Source: a virus
Taxonomy: Duplodnaviria; Caudoviricetes
IMG/VR virus record: IMGVR_UViG_3300031841_003996
Span: 1-54,938 of that record
Strand: one strand, 5' to 3'
Length of the DNA stretch: 54,938 bases
The stretch's first letter is position 1. Every line of letters begins with the position of its first letter. Both the position numbers and the translations under genes were made by a program. Positions 9,616-19,443 of the stretch are shown in pieces. Below the pieces are notes generated by a model. It made no database searches. It had not been told where the DNA came from and was given only the letters and a program-made list of their open reading frames with translations.

Positions 9616-10121
9616 TGGATATTCTCATTCCAGAATATAAGATTGAACGTCGTGTTCGAGCCATGGCTCATAAGCTATCAGAAGAACATAAGAATAGTGG
9701 TAACTCATTACCACCTGTAATGATTTGTGTACTTAACGGCGCGTTCATGTTCTTTACGGATCTAGTACGTGATATGGGTATCGATGTACAGACAGACTTT
9801 ATTCGTCCCAAATCATATGAAGGTAGAGATAACTCCGCCGGCGTTACGTTTACTAAAGATATTGAAATAGATCTAAAAGGTAAGCGTGTTTACATCATTG
9901 AAGACATTGTCGATACGGGACAGACAATGACAGAGATTCTGATGCGTATTTCAGATAAACGTCCTGAGTCAGTTAAGGTCGTAACGCTTGTAGAACGTAA
10001 AGGTACTGCATTTCCATCTGATCATACATGTTTCGAAATCGGCGATGAATGGGTTGTTGGTTACGGATTTGATGATAATTCTCTTAAGAGAAACTATAGA
10101 AACATTTATAAGATAAACTAA
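9615..10121 (+). CDS. hpt: Hypoxanthine/guanine phosphoribosyltransferase-like protein
   Basis: VLNGAFMFFTDL, SY, IIEDIVDTGQT (PRPP loop), WVVGYGFD. Confidence 0.9.
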   Translation: MDILIPEYKIERRVRAMAHKLSEEHKNSGNSLPPVMICVLNGAFMFFTDLVRDMGIDVQTDFIRPKSYEGRDNSAGVTFTKDIEIDLKGKRVYIIEDIVDTGQTMTEILMRISDKRPESVKVVTLVERKGTAFPSDHTCFEIGDEWVVGYGFDDNSLKRNYRNIYKIN

Positions 10122-10276
10122 TGAATCAACCAGACCCACTAATGCATCAACGACTTAGTTTCGTTAAATCGGCAATTCGTATTATCGGATATGCTTTCAT
10201 TCCATTTAATTTGTTAATTGCCGCAGGAGTCCTTATATTAAGCGAGGTAGTAGGAATCGTTGAAGAACTCGTTTAA
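10121..10276 (+). CDS. Small membrane protein (51 aa; not in the ORF track)
   Basis: MNQPDPLMHQRLSFVKSAIRIIGYAFIPFNLLIAAGVLILSEVVGIVEELV*; TAATG coupling on both sides. Confidence 0.7.
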   Translation: MNQPDPLMHQRLSFVKSAIRIIGYAFIPFNLLIAAGVLILSEVVGIVEELV

Positions 10277-12744
10277 TGTATCAAGCAGTAGCATATCGTA
10301 AATCAGATAACTCAGTACATATCTGGGATGACCGTAAAGGTTATTATTCAATCAAGTACAAGCCATATGCATATCGCAAAGCGACGTATGGCAATCAAGT
10401 AGCCCTCGACGGCGAACGTGTTATAAAGGTAGATAACTTTGATCGTAATGAACCTGGCTTGTATGAAGCAGATATCAATCCGGAGACTCGTACTCTAATC
10501 GATTTGTATACCGATTCAGATGAACCTTCGATTGGCCATCGTACTATTTTTATCGATATCGAGGTTGATATTGAAAACGGATTTCCGACGCCAGAAGAAG
10601 CTCAGAATGAAGTAACTTCGATTGCAATCTATGATCAGGCCGGCGATAGTCGTTATGTATGGGTCTTAGATAAAGAAGGCGTTGTACAAGATACGGAACA
10701 AGTTATTTCATGTAACGATGAGTATACATTGTTGCAGAAGTTCTTGCATAAGTACAATGAGATACAGCCTACAATTATAACAGGATGGAACATTGACTTC
10801 TTTGATATTCCGTACTTGTATAATCGTATGTGTCATATATTAGGTGAACGTAAAGCTCGTGCATTGTCACCTATCAATGATGTTATTTGGCTTAAGCATA
10901 GGAATAGATATCGTATCTCGGGCGTAGCTTGTCTGGATTATATGGCATTGTATAAGAACTTTACATATACGGAAGAATCTAGTTACTCACTTGAAGCGAT
11001 CTCTCAGAAAGAACTTGGTAGAGGTAAGATCAAATATGATGGCGATCTAAATGATTTGATGCGTGCTGATATCAATAAGTACGTTGACTATAACATGAAT
11101 GACGTTGATCTTGTAGTTGAGATTGATGAGAAGATGAAGTTGCTCGATCTTGCAAGAGCAATTTGCCATAAAGGCCATGTTCCGTATGAAGATGTATATT
11201 TTTCTACTAGATATCTCGACGGTGCATCGTTGACCTATTTGAAACGTCAAGGCTTTGTTGCTCCGAGCCGTAAGCCTAGAGATTCCGATGAGCCATTAGA
11301 ACTCCTAGGAGCATTCGTTAAGCCTCCAAATCCAGGTCGTTACAAATGGGTATATGACCTTGACTTGACATCGCTGTATCCTAGTATCATTATGACACTT
11401 AATGTTTCTCCGGAGACCAAAGTAACTAAACTAGATAAGTTCGACGGTCATGAGTATGTGAAAGATGAAGGTAAACATTATTCGGATGGATGGAACGGAT
11501 GGGAGGATAGTAAAGAGTTACGTGGATATCTAGAGTCTAATAACTATTCAATTGCAGCTAACGGCGTTGTATATGCAAAGGATATCAAAGGCTTTATTCC
11601 TTCGATTCTTGAAAAGTGGTTTGCAGAACGTGTAGAGTATAAGAATCTACGTAAGAAGTATGAGAAAGAAGGCGATGCTGATAAGGCTGAGTACTATGAT
11701 CGACTTCAGCTAGTTACAAAGATTCTTTTGAATTCATTCTACGGCGTTCTTGGCAATCCTGGATTTAGATTCTTCGATCCGGACAATGCAGTTGCTATTA
11801 CAAGTACAGGTCAGCAATTGATTAAGTTCACAGCTGATATTGGCAATAAGTTCTATACAAGAGAGTTGGGAGTCGATAAGGACTACTGCATCTATACTGA
11901 TACAGATTCGACATTCTTTTCATCATTGCCTATCATTGAACATCGATATCCGGACTATGATATTACCAATGAAGATTGGATGGCAGAAAAAACGATTGAA
12001 GTTGCTGATGAGGTTCAGGCATTTATTAACAAGTCGTATGATATCTATGGTCAACGCTTTCATAATGTATCGACTCATAGATTTGATATTAAGCAAGAGA
12101 ATGTTGCAAAAGCCGGCCTATGGATTGCTAAGAAGAGATATGCTCAATGGATTATCAATATAGAAGGTCATTCGGTATCGAAACTCGATGTTAAAGGATT
12201 GGACGTTGTTCGGTCATCCTTCCCTCCGGCATTTAGGAGATTTATGGCAGAGGTATTGGAAGATATCCTAAACGATATCAATAAGACGGATTTGGATGAT
12301 AAGATCCTAGCATTTAAAGATCATATCAAGTCGTTAGATATACTCGAGATCATGTTCCCAACGGGTGTAAAGAAAGTTTCTAAGTATCGTGATAAACGTG
12401 CTAAGCCATTCGCCCCTCCGGCTAAGGGAACGCCTGTACATGTTAAGTCGGCTATCAATTACAATGATATGCTCAAGTATCATAATGTTCGAACCGTACG
12501 AGAGATTATCAACGGCGAGAAGATTAAATGGACTTATCTTAAATCGAATCCAATGAATTTGAATTCGTTAGCACTTAAAGGATTTGAAGATCCGGAAGTT
12601 ATTGTTGACTTTGTTAAGCAGTATATCAATCATGACAAGATCTTTAAGTCAGCCTTTGAAAATAAACTCAATGATTTCTATCAAGCGATGAATTGGGGTA
12701 GGGTTCCGGAGAACAATAATTTAGGAAAGTTTTTCGGATTTTGA
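10276..12744 (+). CDS. Family B DNA polymerase (gp43-like)
   Basis: Exo DIEVD, GWNIDFFDIPY, YNMND; polymerase DLTSLYPSII, KILLNSFYG, YTDTDS, KKRYA, KGLDVVRS. Confidence 0.96.
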   Translation: MYQAVAYRKSDNSVHIWDDRKGYYSIKYKPYAYRKATYGNQVALDGERVIKVDNFDRNEPGLYEADINPETRTLIDLYTDSDEPSIGHRTIFIDIEVDIENGFPTPEEAQNEVTSIAIYDQAGDSRYVWVLDKEGVVQDTEQVISCNDEYTLLQKFLHKYNEIQPTIITGWNIDFFDIPYLYNRMCHILGERKARALSPINDVIWLKHRNRYRISGVACLDYMALYKNFTYTEESSYSLEAISQKELGRGKIKYDGDLNDLMRADINKYVDYNMNDVDLVVEIDEKMKLLDLARAICHKGHVPYEDVYFSTRYLDGASLTYLKRQGFVAPSRKPRDSDEPLELLGAFVKPPNPGRYKWVYDLDLTSLYPSIIMTLNVSPETKVTKLDKFDGHEYVKDEGKHYSDGWNGWEDSKELRGYLESNNYSIAANGVVYAKDIKGFIPSILEKWFAERVEYKNLRKKYEKEGDADKAEYYDRLQLVTKILLNSFYGVLGNPGFRFFDPDNAVAITSTGQQLIKFTADIGNKFYTRELGVDKDYCIYTDTDSTFFSSLPIIEHRYPDYDITNEDWMAEKTIEVADEVQAFINKSYDIYGQRFHNVSTHRFDIKQENVAKAGLWIAKKRYAQWIINIEGHSVSKLDVKGLDVVRSSFPPAFRRFMAEVLEDILNDINKTDLDDKILAFKDHIKSLDILEIMFPTGVKKVSKYRDKRAKPFAPPAKGTPVHVKSAINYNDMLKYHNVRTVREIINGEKIKWTYLKSNPMNLNSLALKGFEDPEVIVDFVKQYINHDKIFKSAFENKLNDFYQAMNWGRVPENNNLGKFFGF

Positions 12745-12776
12745 TTAGGTTTTTAAATTAGAACAACTTATATTTA
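12745..12776 (+). promoter_or_regulatory. Promoter TTAG-N20-TATATTTA
   Basis: Motif family member; ATG at 12781; heads the hyp-GT-dpdA-clamp run. Confidence 0.65.
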
Positions 12777-12780
12777 GATC

Positions 12781-13215
12781 ATGATAGGTTATAAGACACA
12801 TTGGATTGGTAATGAATGCGAAGGTCGTTTGAGCGACATTGAAACTTTGTTCATTGGAGATATTGACTGCGAACCGATGCAAAATGGTTGGGTCGCGGAG
12901 AATCATGTTTATTTATGTTCGCCAGCTGTTAATCAAATGATTGAACGTGGTAGTTGGAATTGGTTCTTTGATTTACTGCAAAATGGGTTATCTAGCAAAA
13001 TCGTAACGTTAGAAGTTCCTGCAGGTGAGTTGCATAAGATTCCAGCTCAGGTACGTAACATGGTTCATATCATGTACATGTTCCATGATAAGGATTTCGG
13101 CTTGCTTAAGTCGAATGATAGTATGAAAGTTGTACATGGCGAGTATCAATTGCATTGTACTACAAAGTGCAATATGCAAGAAGTAACGCCGGACGGATAT
13201 AAGCATGACAAGTAA
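12781..13215 (+). CDS. Hypothetical protein, first gene of the GT-dpdA operon
   Basis: 144 aa; HWIGNECEGRLSDIETLFI; overlaps the GT start. Confidence 0.75.
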   Translation: MIGYKTHWIGNECEGRLSDIETLFIGDIDCEPMQNGWVAENHVYLCSPAVNQMIERGSWNWFFDLLQNGLSSKIVTLEVPAGELHKIPAQVRNMVHIMYMFHDKDFGLLKSNDSMKVVHGEYQLHCTTKCNMQEVTPDGYKHDK

Positions 13216-14260
13216 AACGATTTACATAGTAGATCTAGAGGCAGTAGAATCTAGATATACGGGCGAATGGAAAACTCATATCCCGACATTGATACGTGAG
13301 AGTGTTGATGATGCAGAGGTTGTAGTTATCGAAGGCCCAACCGATATCCCGGAAGCGACGACGCCTGGAGCTTTTTTGAACTTCGGAGGTACGAATGTAT
13401 ACAAGAGTGACCAGATGTCGCAAATTGCTAGATTGTTTTGTGAAGGTAAAGTGAGAGAAGGAGATCATTTTATCTATACAGATGCATGGAATCCGACCAT
13501 TATTCAACTCAAGTATATGAGTCAGTTGCTAAATATTCCAGTTAAGATTCATGGATTTTGGCATGCAGGTAATTATGATCCAAATGACTTCCTAGGTCGG
13601 TTGATTAAGGATAAGTGGGTAAAGACATTTGAAAAGTCTTTAGCTGAAGCTATCGATTACAATTGGTTTGCTTCCGATGACCATTTACGTATGTTCAGAG
13701 ATAACTTTGGATATGATGGTATTCAATGTTTCCGTACAGGATGGCCAATGGAGTATCTTAAAGGTAAGTTGAAGCCTAATCGTAAGAAAGAAGATATTAT
13801 TCTATTTCCTCATAGAATCGCTCCGGAGAAACAAGTTGAAATCTTTAAAGAGTTGGCTAAGATTATTCCGGAGTATAAGTTTATTATCTGTCAGGAAGAT
13901 AAGCTTAGTAAGAAACAGTATCATGATTTGCTCGAAAGATCCAAGATGGTGTTCTCAGCTAATCTTCAAGAGACATTAGGCATTTCATGTTATGAAGCAG
14001 CATGTGCCGGATCTATTCCATTGGTACCGGATCGTTTGAGTTATACAGAGATGTATGATCGTACATTTACATATCCAAGTGAATGGACGGAGTCGATGGA
14101 TGAGTTCCAAAAGCGTAAGGGTGCATTAGTTTCTCATATTAGATACATGATGAATCGTCATGATGAATTTGAAAGTCAGATTACAAAGCAAGCAGAGTTC
14201 TTGCATGATCAGTACTTTTCGTGTAACAATTTATTGAAGGTGTTAAATGGACAAGCCTAA
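13205..14260 (+). CDS. GT-B fold (GT4-like) glycosyltransferase, candidate DNA-modifying enzyme
   Basis: FPHRIAPEKQ, ANLQETLGISCYEA (EX7E), PDRLSYTEM; overlaps dpdA. Confidence 0.8.
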   Translation: MTSKTIYIVDLEAVESRYTGEWKTHIPTLIRESVDDAEVVVIEGPTDIPEATTPGAFLNFGGTNVYKSDQMSQIARLFCEGKVREGDHFIYTDAWNPTIIQLKYMSQLLNIPVKIHGFWHAGNYDPNDFLGRLIKDKWVKTFEKSLAEAIDYNWFASDDHLRMFRDNFGYDGIQCFRTGWPMEYLKGKLKPNRKKEDIILFPHRIAPEKQVEIFKELAKIIPEYKFIICQEDKLSKKQYHDLLERSKMVFSANLQETLGISCYEAACAGSIPLVPDRLSYTEMYDRTFTYPSEWTESMDEFQKRKGALVSHIRYMMNRHDEFESQITKQAEFLHDQYFSCNNLLKVLNGQA

Positions 14261-15494
14261 AGAGTTTATTTATTTTCCGTCATTGTCCGCCGGCGGATTT
14301 GCATCGTCTTTGATTAAAGATGATAAGTTATCATCTGGTGTGCCATGTAGATTTTATTCGGATGATTATCCGGAAAAGTTTCGTCATAAGTACTTCCTTG
14401 TAACGGCTGGTCACTATTATAAGAAGATGGATATTCGTCAGCAGATGGGACTTGGCGATGATGTATTAGTATTCGGTGATTCGGGAGGATATCAAATTGC
14501 AACGGGTGCATTGAAGTATAGTGATGACTTGAGAGAGAAGATCTTTCATTGGTTAGAAGCTAATTCAGATGTTGCTGCAAATTTGGATATTCCACCTAAG
14601 ACAGTATATGAGAACAAGTTCTATCAATGTGCTGATATTAGTTATGATAACTTTGCTTGGTTCGAAAAGAAGCAATCTGGTAAGACTAAGTTCTTGAACA
14701 TGTTGCAAGGATCGAATCCGCAAGAGTATGATTGGTGGTACCATAAGTTTAAGCATTTTGAATTTAGCGGTTGGGCAATTGGCGGTCCGCAGAAGTTAGT
14801 AGACTTCATGTGGGCATTGGCATTGATGCTCAAGAATAGAGAGTTTGAAAATACTCGTTTGGAATACTTGCACTTGTTAGGTATATCAAAGATATCAGAT
14901 TTCTTTATCTTATCAACGATTCAGAAGCTGTTGAATAAGCATTACGGTAATCGTATTACAGTGACAACAGATTCAAGTTCGCCCGGACAATATCCTGTGT
15001 ATGGAACGTTCCTGCATTCGCATAACTTCAAGAAGTTGTCTTTTAGCGATGTATATATGCCAAAGCCAGATAAAGATGCTGATGGTAATATGATTCCGTT
15101 ATCAGAAGGAAAGATTCCAGATCTTCAACCAGATTTGTTAGTTCCGGATAGTTTAGGTGATCCGGCATGCCAAGACTTTACATGGGGCATGTTAGATAAC
15201 TATAACAAAGAAGCAGTTCCTAGAATGGTATTGCATAATGTGCATGTATTTCAAAATACAATTCAAGAGGTAAATAAAATTGTAGCGGCTCATAGAGATG
15301 TTGCGCAATATATGGTACCAAATGATTTGGCCGCGGTACTTAAAAGCATCTATGAGATGTTTGAAGATCCTGATAAGGCGATAACAACCTATGAGAAGTA
15401 TAAGCAATATTATCGCAAGTTCGGCGGACAAAGTATAACAACAATCAATCAAGACAAGTTTAATCAGTTTTTTGAACAAAAAGATCAATCATGA
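14247..15494 (+). CDS. dpdA: DNA 7-deazaguanine transglycosylase (TGT/DpdA family)
   Basis: VFGDSGGYQI, NLDIPP, NMLQG, GWAIGG, HLLG, TTDSSSP, LHNV; folE/queD/queE nearby. Confidence 0.8.
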   Translation: MDKPKEFIYFPSLSAGGFASSLIKDDKLSSGVPCRFYSDDYPEKFRHKYFLVTAGHYYKKMDIRQQMGLGDDVLVFGDSGGYQIATGALKYSDDLREKIFHWLEANSDVAANLDIPPKTVYENKFYQCADISYDNFAWFEKKQSGKTKFLNMLQGSNPQEYDWWYHKFKHFEFSGWAIGGPQKLVDFMWALALMLKNREFENTRLEYLHLLGISKISDFFILSTIQKLLNKHYGNRITVTTDSSSPGQYPVYGTFLHSHNFKKLSFSDVYMPKPDKDADGNMIPLSEGKIPDLQPDLLVPDSLGDPACQDFTWGMLDNYNKEAVPRMVLHNVHVFQNTIQEVNKIVAAHRDVAQYMVPNDLAAVLKSIYEMFEDPDKAITTYEKYKQYYRKFGGQSITTINQDKFNQFFEQKDQS

Positions 15495-16207
15495 AAAAGC
15501 AAGAACTTTTAAATTTTATTAGCCGATATCATTTGGCTGGCGCAACGACCTCTGTTAAGTGGATTGCTCAATCAGGTACGTTGCAAACTAGTTTTATTAC
15601 TGATGACCAGAATGTTATCGGTACAGTTAATACATCTCAGATCGATATGGGAGATGCCGAGTTAGGTGTTTATGCAACGCCTCAATTGGTAAAGATGTTA
15701 TCCGCGGTCAATGATGATTTGGATGTATCTGTTAACTCAATTGATAACAAGGCAGTGAGTGTCGGTATCAATGATAAGGATGTTAAGATGACATTCATGT
15801 TAGCCGATCTGTCTGTTATTAGACAAGTTCCGGATCTTAAGAATACTCCGGATTGGAATGTATCAATTGATTTGACCAAAGAGTTTACCAATCGATTTAT
15901 TAAGGCAAAGAATGCATTGCCTGAGTCAGAGAACTTTGGTATCAAATGTACGGGCGATACGGCAGAGGTAATTATCAATTATTCATCTATCAATAACAAC
16001 CGAATCAAATTTGATTTCGATGTTACAAATGCAACGGAGATACCTGTTACATGTTTCTCATCTAATCTGTTCAAAGAAATCTTGAATGCAAATAAAGATG
16101 CTGAGACTGGTAAGTTGGAGGTATCTGCAGCAGGATTGGCCAGAGTAACCTTTAGTTCTAAGACATATTCAGCAACATATTATCTTGTACAACTCCAAGC
16201 TAGCTAA
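15491..16207 (+). CDS. Sliding clamp (gp45/PCNA-like)
   Basis: 238 aa, beta-rich, ends YYLV; adjacent to clamp loaders. Confidence 0.7.
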   Translation: MKKQELLNFISRYHLAGATTSVKWIAQSGTLQTSFITDDQNVIGTVNTSQIDMGDAELGVYATPQLVKMLSAVNDDLDVSVNSIDNKAVSVGINDKDVKMTFMLADLSVIRQVPDLKNTPDWNVSIDLTKEFTNRFIKAKNALPESENFGIKCTGDTAEVIINYSSINNNRIKFDFDVTNATEIPVTCFSSNLFKEILNANKDAETGKLEVSAAGLARVTFSSKTYSATYYLVQLQAS

Positions 16208-16209
16208 TA

Positions 16210-16647
16210 ATGAAAGTACGATTCAAAAAGTTATCACCTAAGGCAGTTACTCCTAGTTATGCAACGCCTGGCGATGCAGGTATGGATGTTACAGCAATCG
16301 GTCATCGTATCGATGCCAAGCATAACTTTATCGAGTATCATACAGGGTTAGCCTTAGAGATTCCAGAAGGGTACGTGGGTTTGCTATTTCCTAGATCATC
16401 AGTATCTAAAATGGATGTATCATTAGCAAACTGTGTAGGAGTAGTAGATTCGGGATATAGAGGTGAGATTACGTTCCGCTATAAGTTTGCAAAAGATAGT
16501 TTCTTTGCAGGAGTCAAGCGTTATAAAGATGGTGATAGAATTGGACAATTGGTAATTATTCCTTATCCTTCTATTGAATTAGAAGAAGCTGATGAATTGA
16601 ATGAGACGGTTCGGGGCGAAGGTGGATATGGATCAACTGGTAAATAA
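16210..16647 (+). CDS. dut: Trimeric dUTPase
   Basis: GDAGMD, PRSS, GVVDSGYRGEI, RIGQL, RGEGGYGSTG. Confidence 0.96.
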   Translation: MKVRFKKLSPKAVTPSYATPGDAGMDVTAIGHRIDAKHNFIEYHTGLALEIPEGYVGLLFPRSSVSKMDVSLANCVGVVDSGYRGEITFRYKFAKDSFFAGVKRYKDGDRIGQLVIIPYPSIELEEADELNETVRGEGGYGSTGK

Positions 16648-16648
16648 G

Positions 16649-17578
16649 ATGTTTGGAAATCAAGAAAATACTCTTTGGGTAGAGAAGTTCCGTCCCGATA
16701 CATTGGATGGATATGTCGGTAATGAGCATATTATCGAAAAGGTTAAGTTGTATATTGAATCTGGCGATGTGCCGCATTTGTTGTTCTATGGTCAAGCCGG
16801 TACTGGTAAGACTACATTGGCAAAGATTATTGCAAACAATGTAGATGCAGATGTCATGTACATTAATGCATCAGATGAGAACAATGTAGATACAGTACGT
16901 AGTAAGATTAAAAACTATGCTAGTACAGTAGGATTCAAGCGTTGGAAAATTGTAATTCTCGATGAGGCAGATTATATGACGCCTAACGGTCAAGCAGCGT
17001 TACGTAATCTAATGGAGACGTTTAGTAAGACGACTAGATTCATTCTTACATGTAACTACGTAGAGAAGATCATTGATCCTATTCAAAGTCGTTGTCAGAC
17101 CTTTGGCATTACGCCGCCTAACAAAGTAGAGGTTGCAAAGCGTATTGTTTCTATCCTCAAAGAGTTGAATGTTGAATTTGATAAAGAAGATCTTGTAGCC
17201 ATCGTTAATGCCGGCTATCCGGATGTAAGACGTGTTCTAAACTCATGTCAGCGTCAGGTAGTAGATGGTAAATTGCAGGTAGATGCTACAAGTATCATTC
17301 AAGCAAATTATATGACCAAGGTCTTGGATATTCTTAGTAATGAGACGTCTAAGAAAGATGCATTCAAATCTGTACGGCAGATTATTGCAGATAGCAAGGT
17401 GAAGGACTTCACTGCATTGTACAAGTTCCTTTTCGATGAGATTGATAATTATGCTAAAGGGCATATTGCAAGTGTTATTCTAATTTTGGCAGAACAGCAG
17501 TATCAAGATTCGTTCGCCGTTGATAAGGAGTTGCATGTAATGGCTACTATGGTAAAAATTCTAAATGAGATCAAGTAA
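16649..17578 (+). CDS. Clamp loader AAA+ subunit (gp44/RFC-like)
   Basis: LWVEKFRP, GQAGTGKTT, INASDE, ILDEADY, QAALRN, IQSRC. Confidence 0.93.
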   Translation: MFGNQENTLWVEKFRPDTLDGYVGNEHIIEKVKLYIESGDVPHLLFYGQAGTGKTTLAKIIANNVDADVMYINASDENNVDTVRSKIKNYASTVGFKRWKIVILDEADYMTPNGQAALRNLMETFSKTTRFILTCNYVEKIIDPIQSRCQTFGITPPNKVEVAKRIVSILKELNVEFDKEDLVAIVNAGYPDVRRVLNSCQRQVVDGKLQVDATSIIQANYMTKVLDILSNETSKKDAFKSVRQIIADSKVKDFTALYKFLFDEIDNYAKGHIASVILILAEQQYQDSFAVDKELHVMATMVKILNEIK

Positions 17579-17820
17579 TGAGTAAGTTAGTAGGAATGGA
17601 TGGGCAACAGCCTCCACAGCAACCGAATATCAATATTCGGCCGGAGGATTTGAAAAATATTGTATGTGAGAATTGCGGAGGTAGATTCTTTAGAGAGGTA
17701 CAAGCATTTAAGCGCATTTCAGCATTGATTTCGCCTACAGGTAAAGAACAGATTATGCCAGTGCCAACTTTCCGTTGCGACGATTGCGGTCATATTAACG
17801 CGGAGTTTATGCCTAAGTAA
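17578..17820 (+). CDS. Small zinc-ribbon protein
   Basis: CENCG...CDDCGH. Confidence 0.75.
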   Translation: MSKLVGMDGQQPPQQPNINIRPEDLKNIVCENCGGRFFREVQAFKRISALISPTGKEQIMPVPTFRCDDCGHINAEFMPK

Positions 17821-18260
17821 TGAAGAAGGCTAAAACAATATTTGATCATATCGCCGGCATTACGTATAAGAAAGTCGAATGGGATGATCTAACCGAGGCT
17901 GATCAGAAATCATTCTCACCGTATCTGATCAATCGTTGGCTTTCAATGAACTATGAACTCATTGAGTATGTAGATATGTTTCAGCGTTATACAATCGGTC
18001 CATTGAGTACTAAGAATGTATATCAATTATATCACGGACTGTTGCCAGAACGCAAATTCTTCTCAAAGTATATCAAAGGCAAGAAGGCTGATAAGTACAA
18101 CAAGGACTTGATTGCTAAAGTAGCAGAACATTTTCAAGTATCTAAATCAGAGTCGGAGGAGTATGTTGCTATTCTTATTGATCAACATGAAGATGAACTT
18201 CGTGATATGTTGCGTAAGTATGGTAAGACGGATAAGGAGATTAATCAATGGCTAAAGTAA
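17820..18260 (+). CDS. Clamp loader small subunit (gp62-like)
   Basis: FSPYLINRWLSM and KFFSKYIK resemble gp62; follows the gp44-like gene. Confidence 0.7.
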   Translation: MKKAKTIFDHIAGITYKKVEWDDLTEADQKSFSPYLINRWLSMNYELIEYVDMFQRYTIGPLSTKNVYQLYHGLLPERKFFSKYIKGKKADKYNKDLIAKVAEHFQVSKSESEEYVAILIDQHEDELRDMLRKYGKTDKEINQWLK

Positions 18261-18505
18261 TTCGAGAAGGTAAGACTAAAGTAGAGTTCAAAGAACGAGT
18301 CAATCATCCGGAACATTACGGCGGCGATCGAGTCTATGAAGCTATCAAAGTTATTGAAGCCTGGGAGTTAGATTTTTGTTTAGGTAATGTAGTTAAATAC
18401 GTATCTAGAGCAGGTAAAAAGGATCCAACTAAAGAGCTAGAAGATCTGGAAAAGGCAAAGTGGTATCTCCAACGTCGTATAGATCAATTAAGTAGTAAAG
18501 ACTAA
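18248..18505 (+). CDS. DUF3310 family protein
   Basis: VNHPEHY, EAIKVIE, FCLGNVVKYVSRAGKK, EDLEKAKWYL. Confidence 0.88.
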   Translation: MAKVIREGKTKVEFKERVNHPEHYGGDRVYEAIKVIEAWELDFCLGNVVKYVSRAGKKDPTKELEDLEKAKWYLQRRIDQLSSKD

Positions 18506-18532
18506 TATTTATAAAAAACATTAGGATCTACT

Positions 18533-19429
18533 ATGGCAGAGAAGAAAGAGACGATTAATAAGCTCGGAAAAGACCTTGACAAGATAATCAAGGACATGAA
18601 AAAGGCTAGTGAGGATTATGCAAAGGCTGACGGGGAAAAGCGTCCGGAGTTATTAACTAAACTCAAAGATCTTACACGTGAGAAAGCAGTTGCCAAAGAC
18701 AAATTAGCACATGCAATTGCAGATGCCGAGAAAGATCCGATGTTGAATATCTCCGAGGGCATGCCTAAGTTGACTAGCCTCATACCAATCGTCGAATCAG
18801 CTGAGGATGCTGATGCGGATATTGAAAAAGCATTAAAGGCAGGACTTGGTGATTTCAAAGCAGCTTTTAATTCATTAGAAGATGAGGCCAAAGAAGATGT
18901 AGCTCAGGTCGATGAAAGCGTGATTAAAGAAAACTTGCGCAAAAAAAAAAGTGAACTAAACGAAGCAGTCGGCCCGCTTTTTATTATTAGCATAATAGCC
19001 GCGGCGCCGAAAATAATAGAGATTCTTGCTAAAGGATTAGGTAAGCTTATCAAAGTATTCAAAACAAAAGTAAAAGGTCAAGAGGATGTCGATGACCCGG
19101 CATTTATCAAAGGTGTGATTGATTTTGCACATAAGTGGCACAAAGGTTATGTAAAAATGATCAAGTGGATGTTATGGGCAACTGGAATACTTGCTAAGGC
19201 TAAACTAAAAAAGGATGATCCGGGTGCTGAAAAGGCTGCAGAAGTGATTTATTACGTAATTGTATTTGGATTAATGATAGCATCGGGAGCGGGCGCAGTT
19301 AGTGCAGCTGCAAAAGGACATCAAGGATTTGCTGCAATGGAAGGTGCATTAGCAGCGGTTAAGTCAGCTGAAGTGGCCGAATTTTTAGGATTGATGGGCA
19401 TCAAGGGCGTGACTGGCGGAGCTGTATAA
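18533..19429 (+). CDS. Hypothetical protein, coiled-coil N-terminus with hydrophobic C-terminal helices (putative late/virion protein)
   Basis: Preceded by AATATTTATA at 18504; hydrophobic segments PLFIISIIAAA and VIYYVIVFGLMIASG. Confidence 0.65.
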   Translation: MAEKKETINKLGKDLDKIIKDMKKASEDYAKADGEKRPELLTKLKDLTREKAVAKDKLAHAIADAEKDPMLNISEGMPKLTSLIPIVESAEDADADIEKALKAGLGDFKAAFNSLEDEAKEDVAQVDESVIKENLRKKKSELNEAVGPLFIISIIAAAPKIIEILAKGLGKLIKVFKTKVKGQEDVDDPAFIKGVIDFAHKWHKGYVKMIKWMLWATGILAKAKLKKDDPGAEKAAEVIYYVIVFGLMIASGAGAVSAAAKGHQGFAAMEGALAAVKSAEVAEFLGLMGIKGVTGGAV

Positions 19430-19443
19430 AAGTACGATAAAGC

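Noticed and set aside
79-12744. Inteins or introns in recA, helicase, nrdJ or polB
   Set aside because: Protein lengths are normal, reading frames are uninterrupted and no splicing motifs were seen
14247-15494. Canonical tRNA-guanine transglycosylase for queuosine
   Set aside because: It lacks the C-terminal CxCxxC Zn motif of bacterial Tgt, there is no queC/queF/queA in the window, and it sits among DNA replication genes; a DNA-targeting DpdA is more likely
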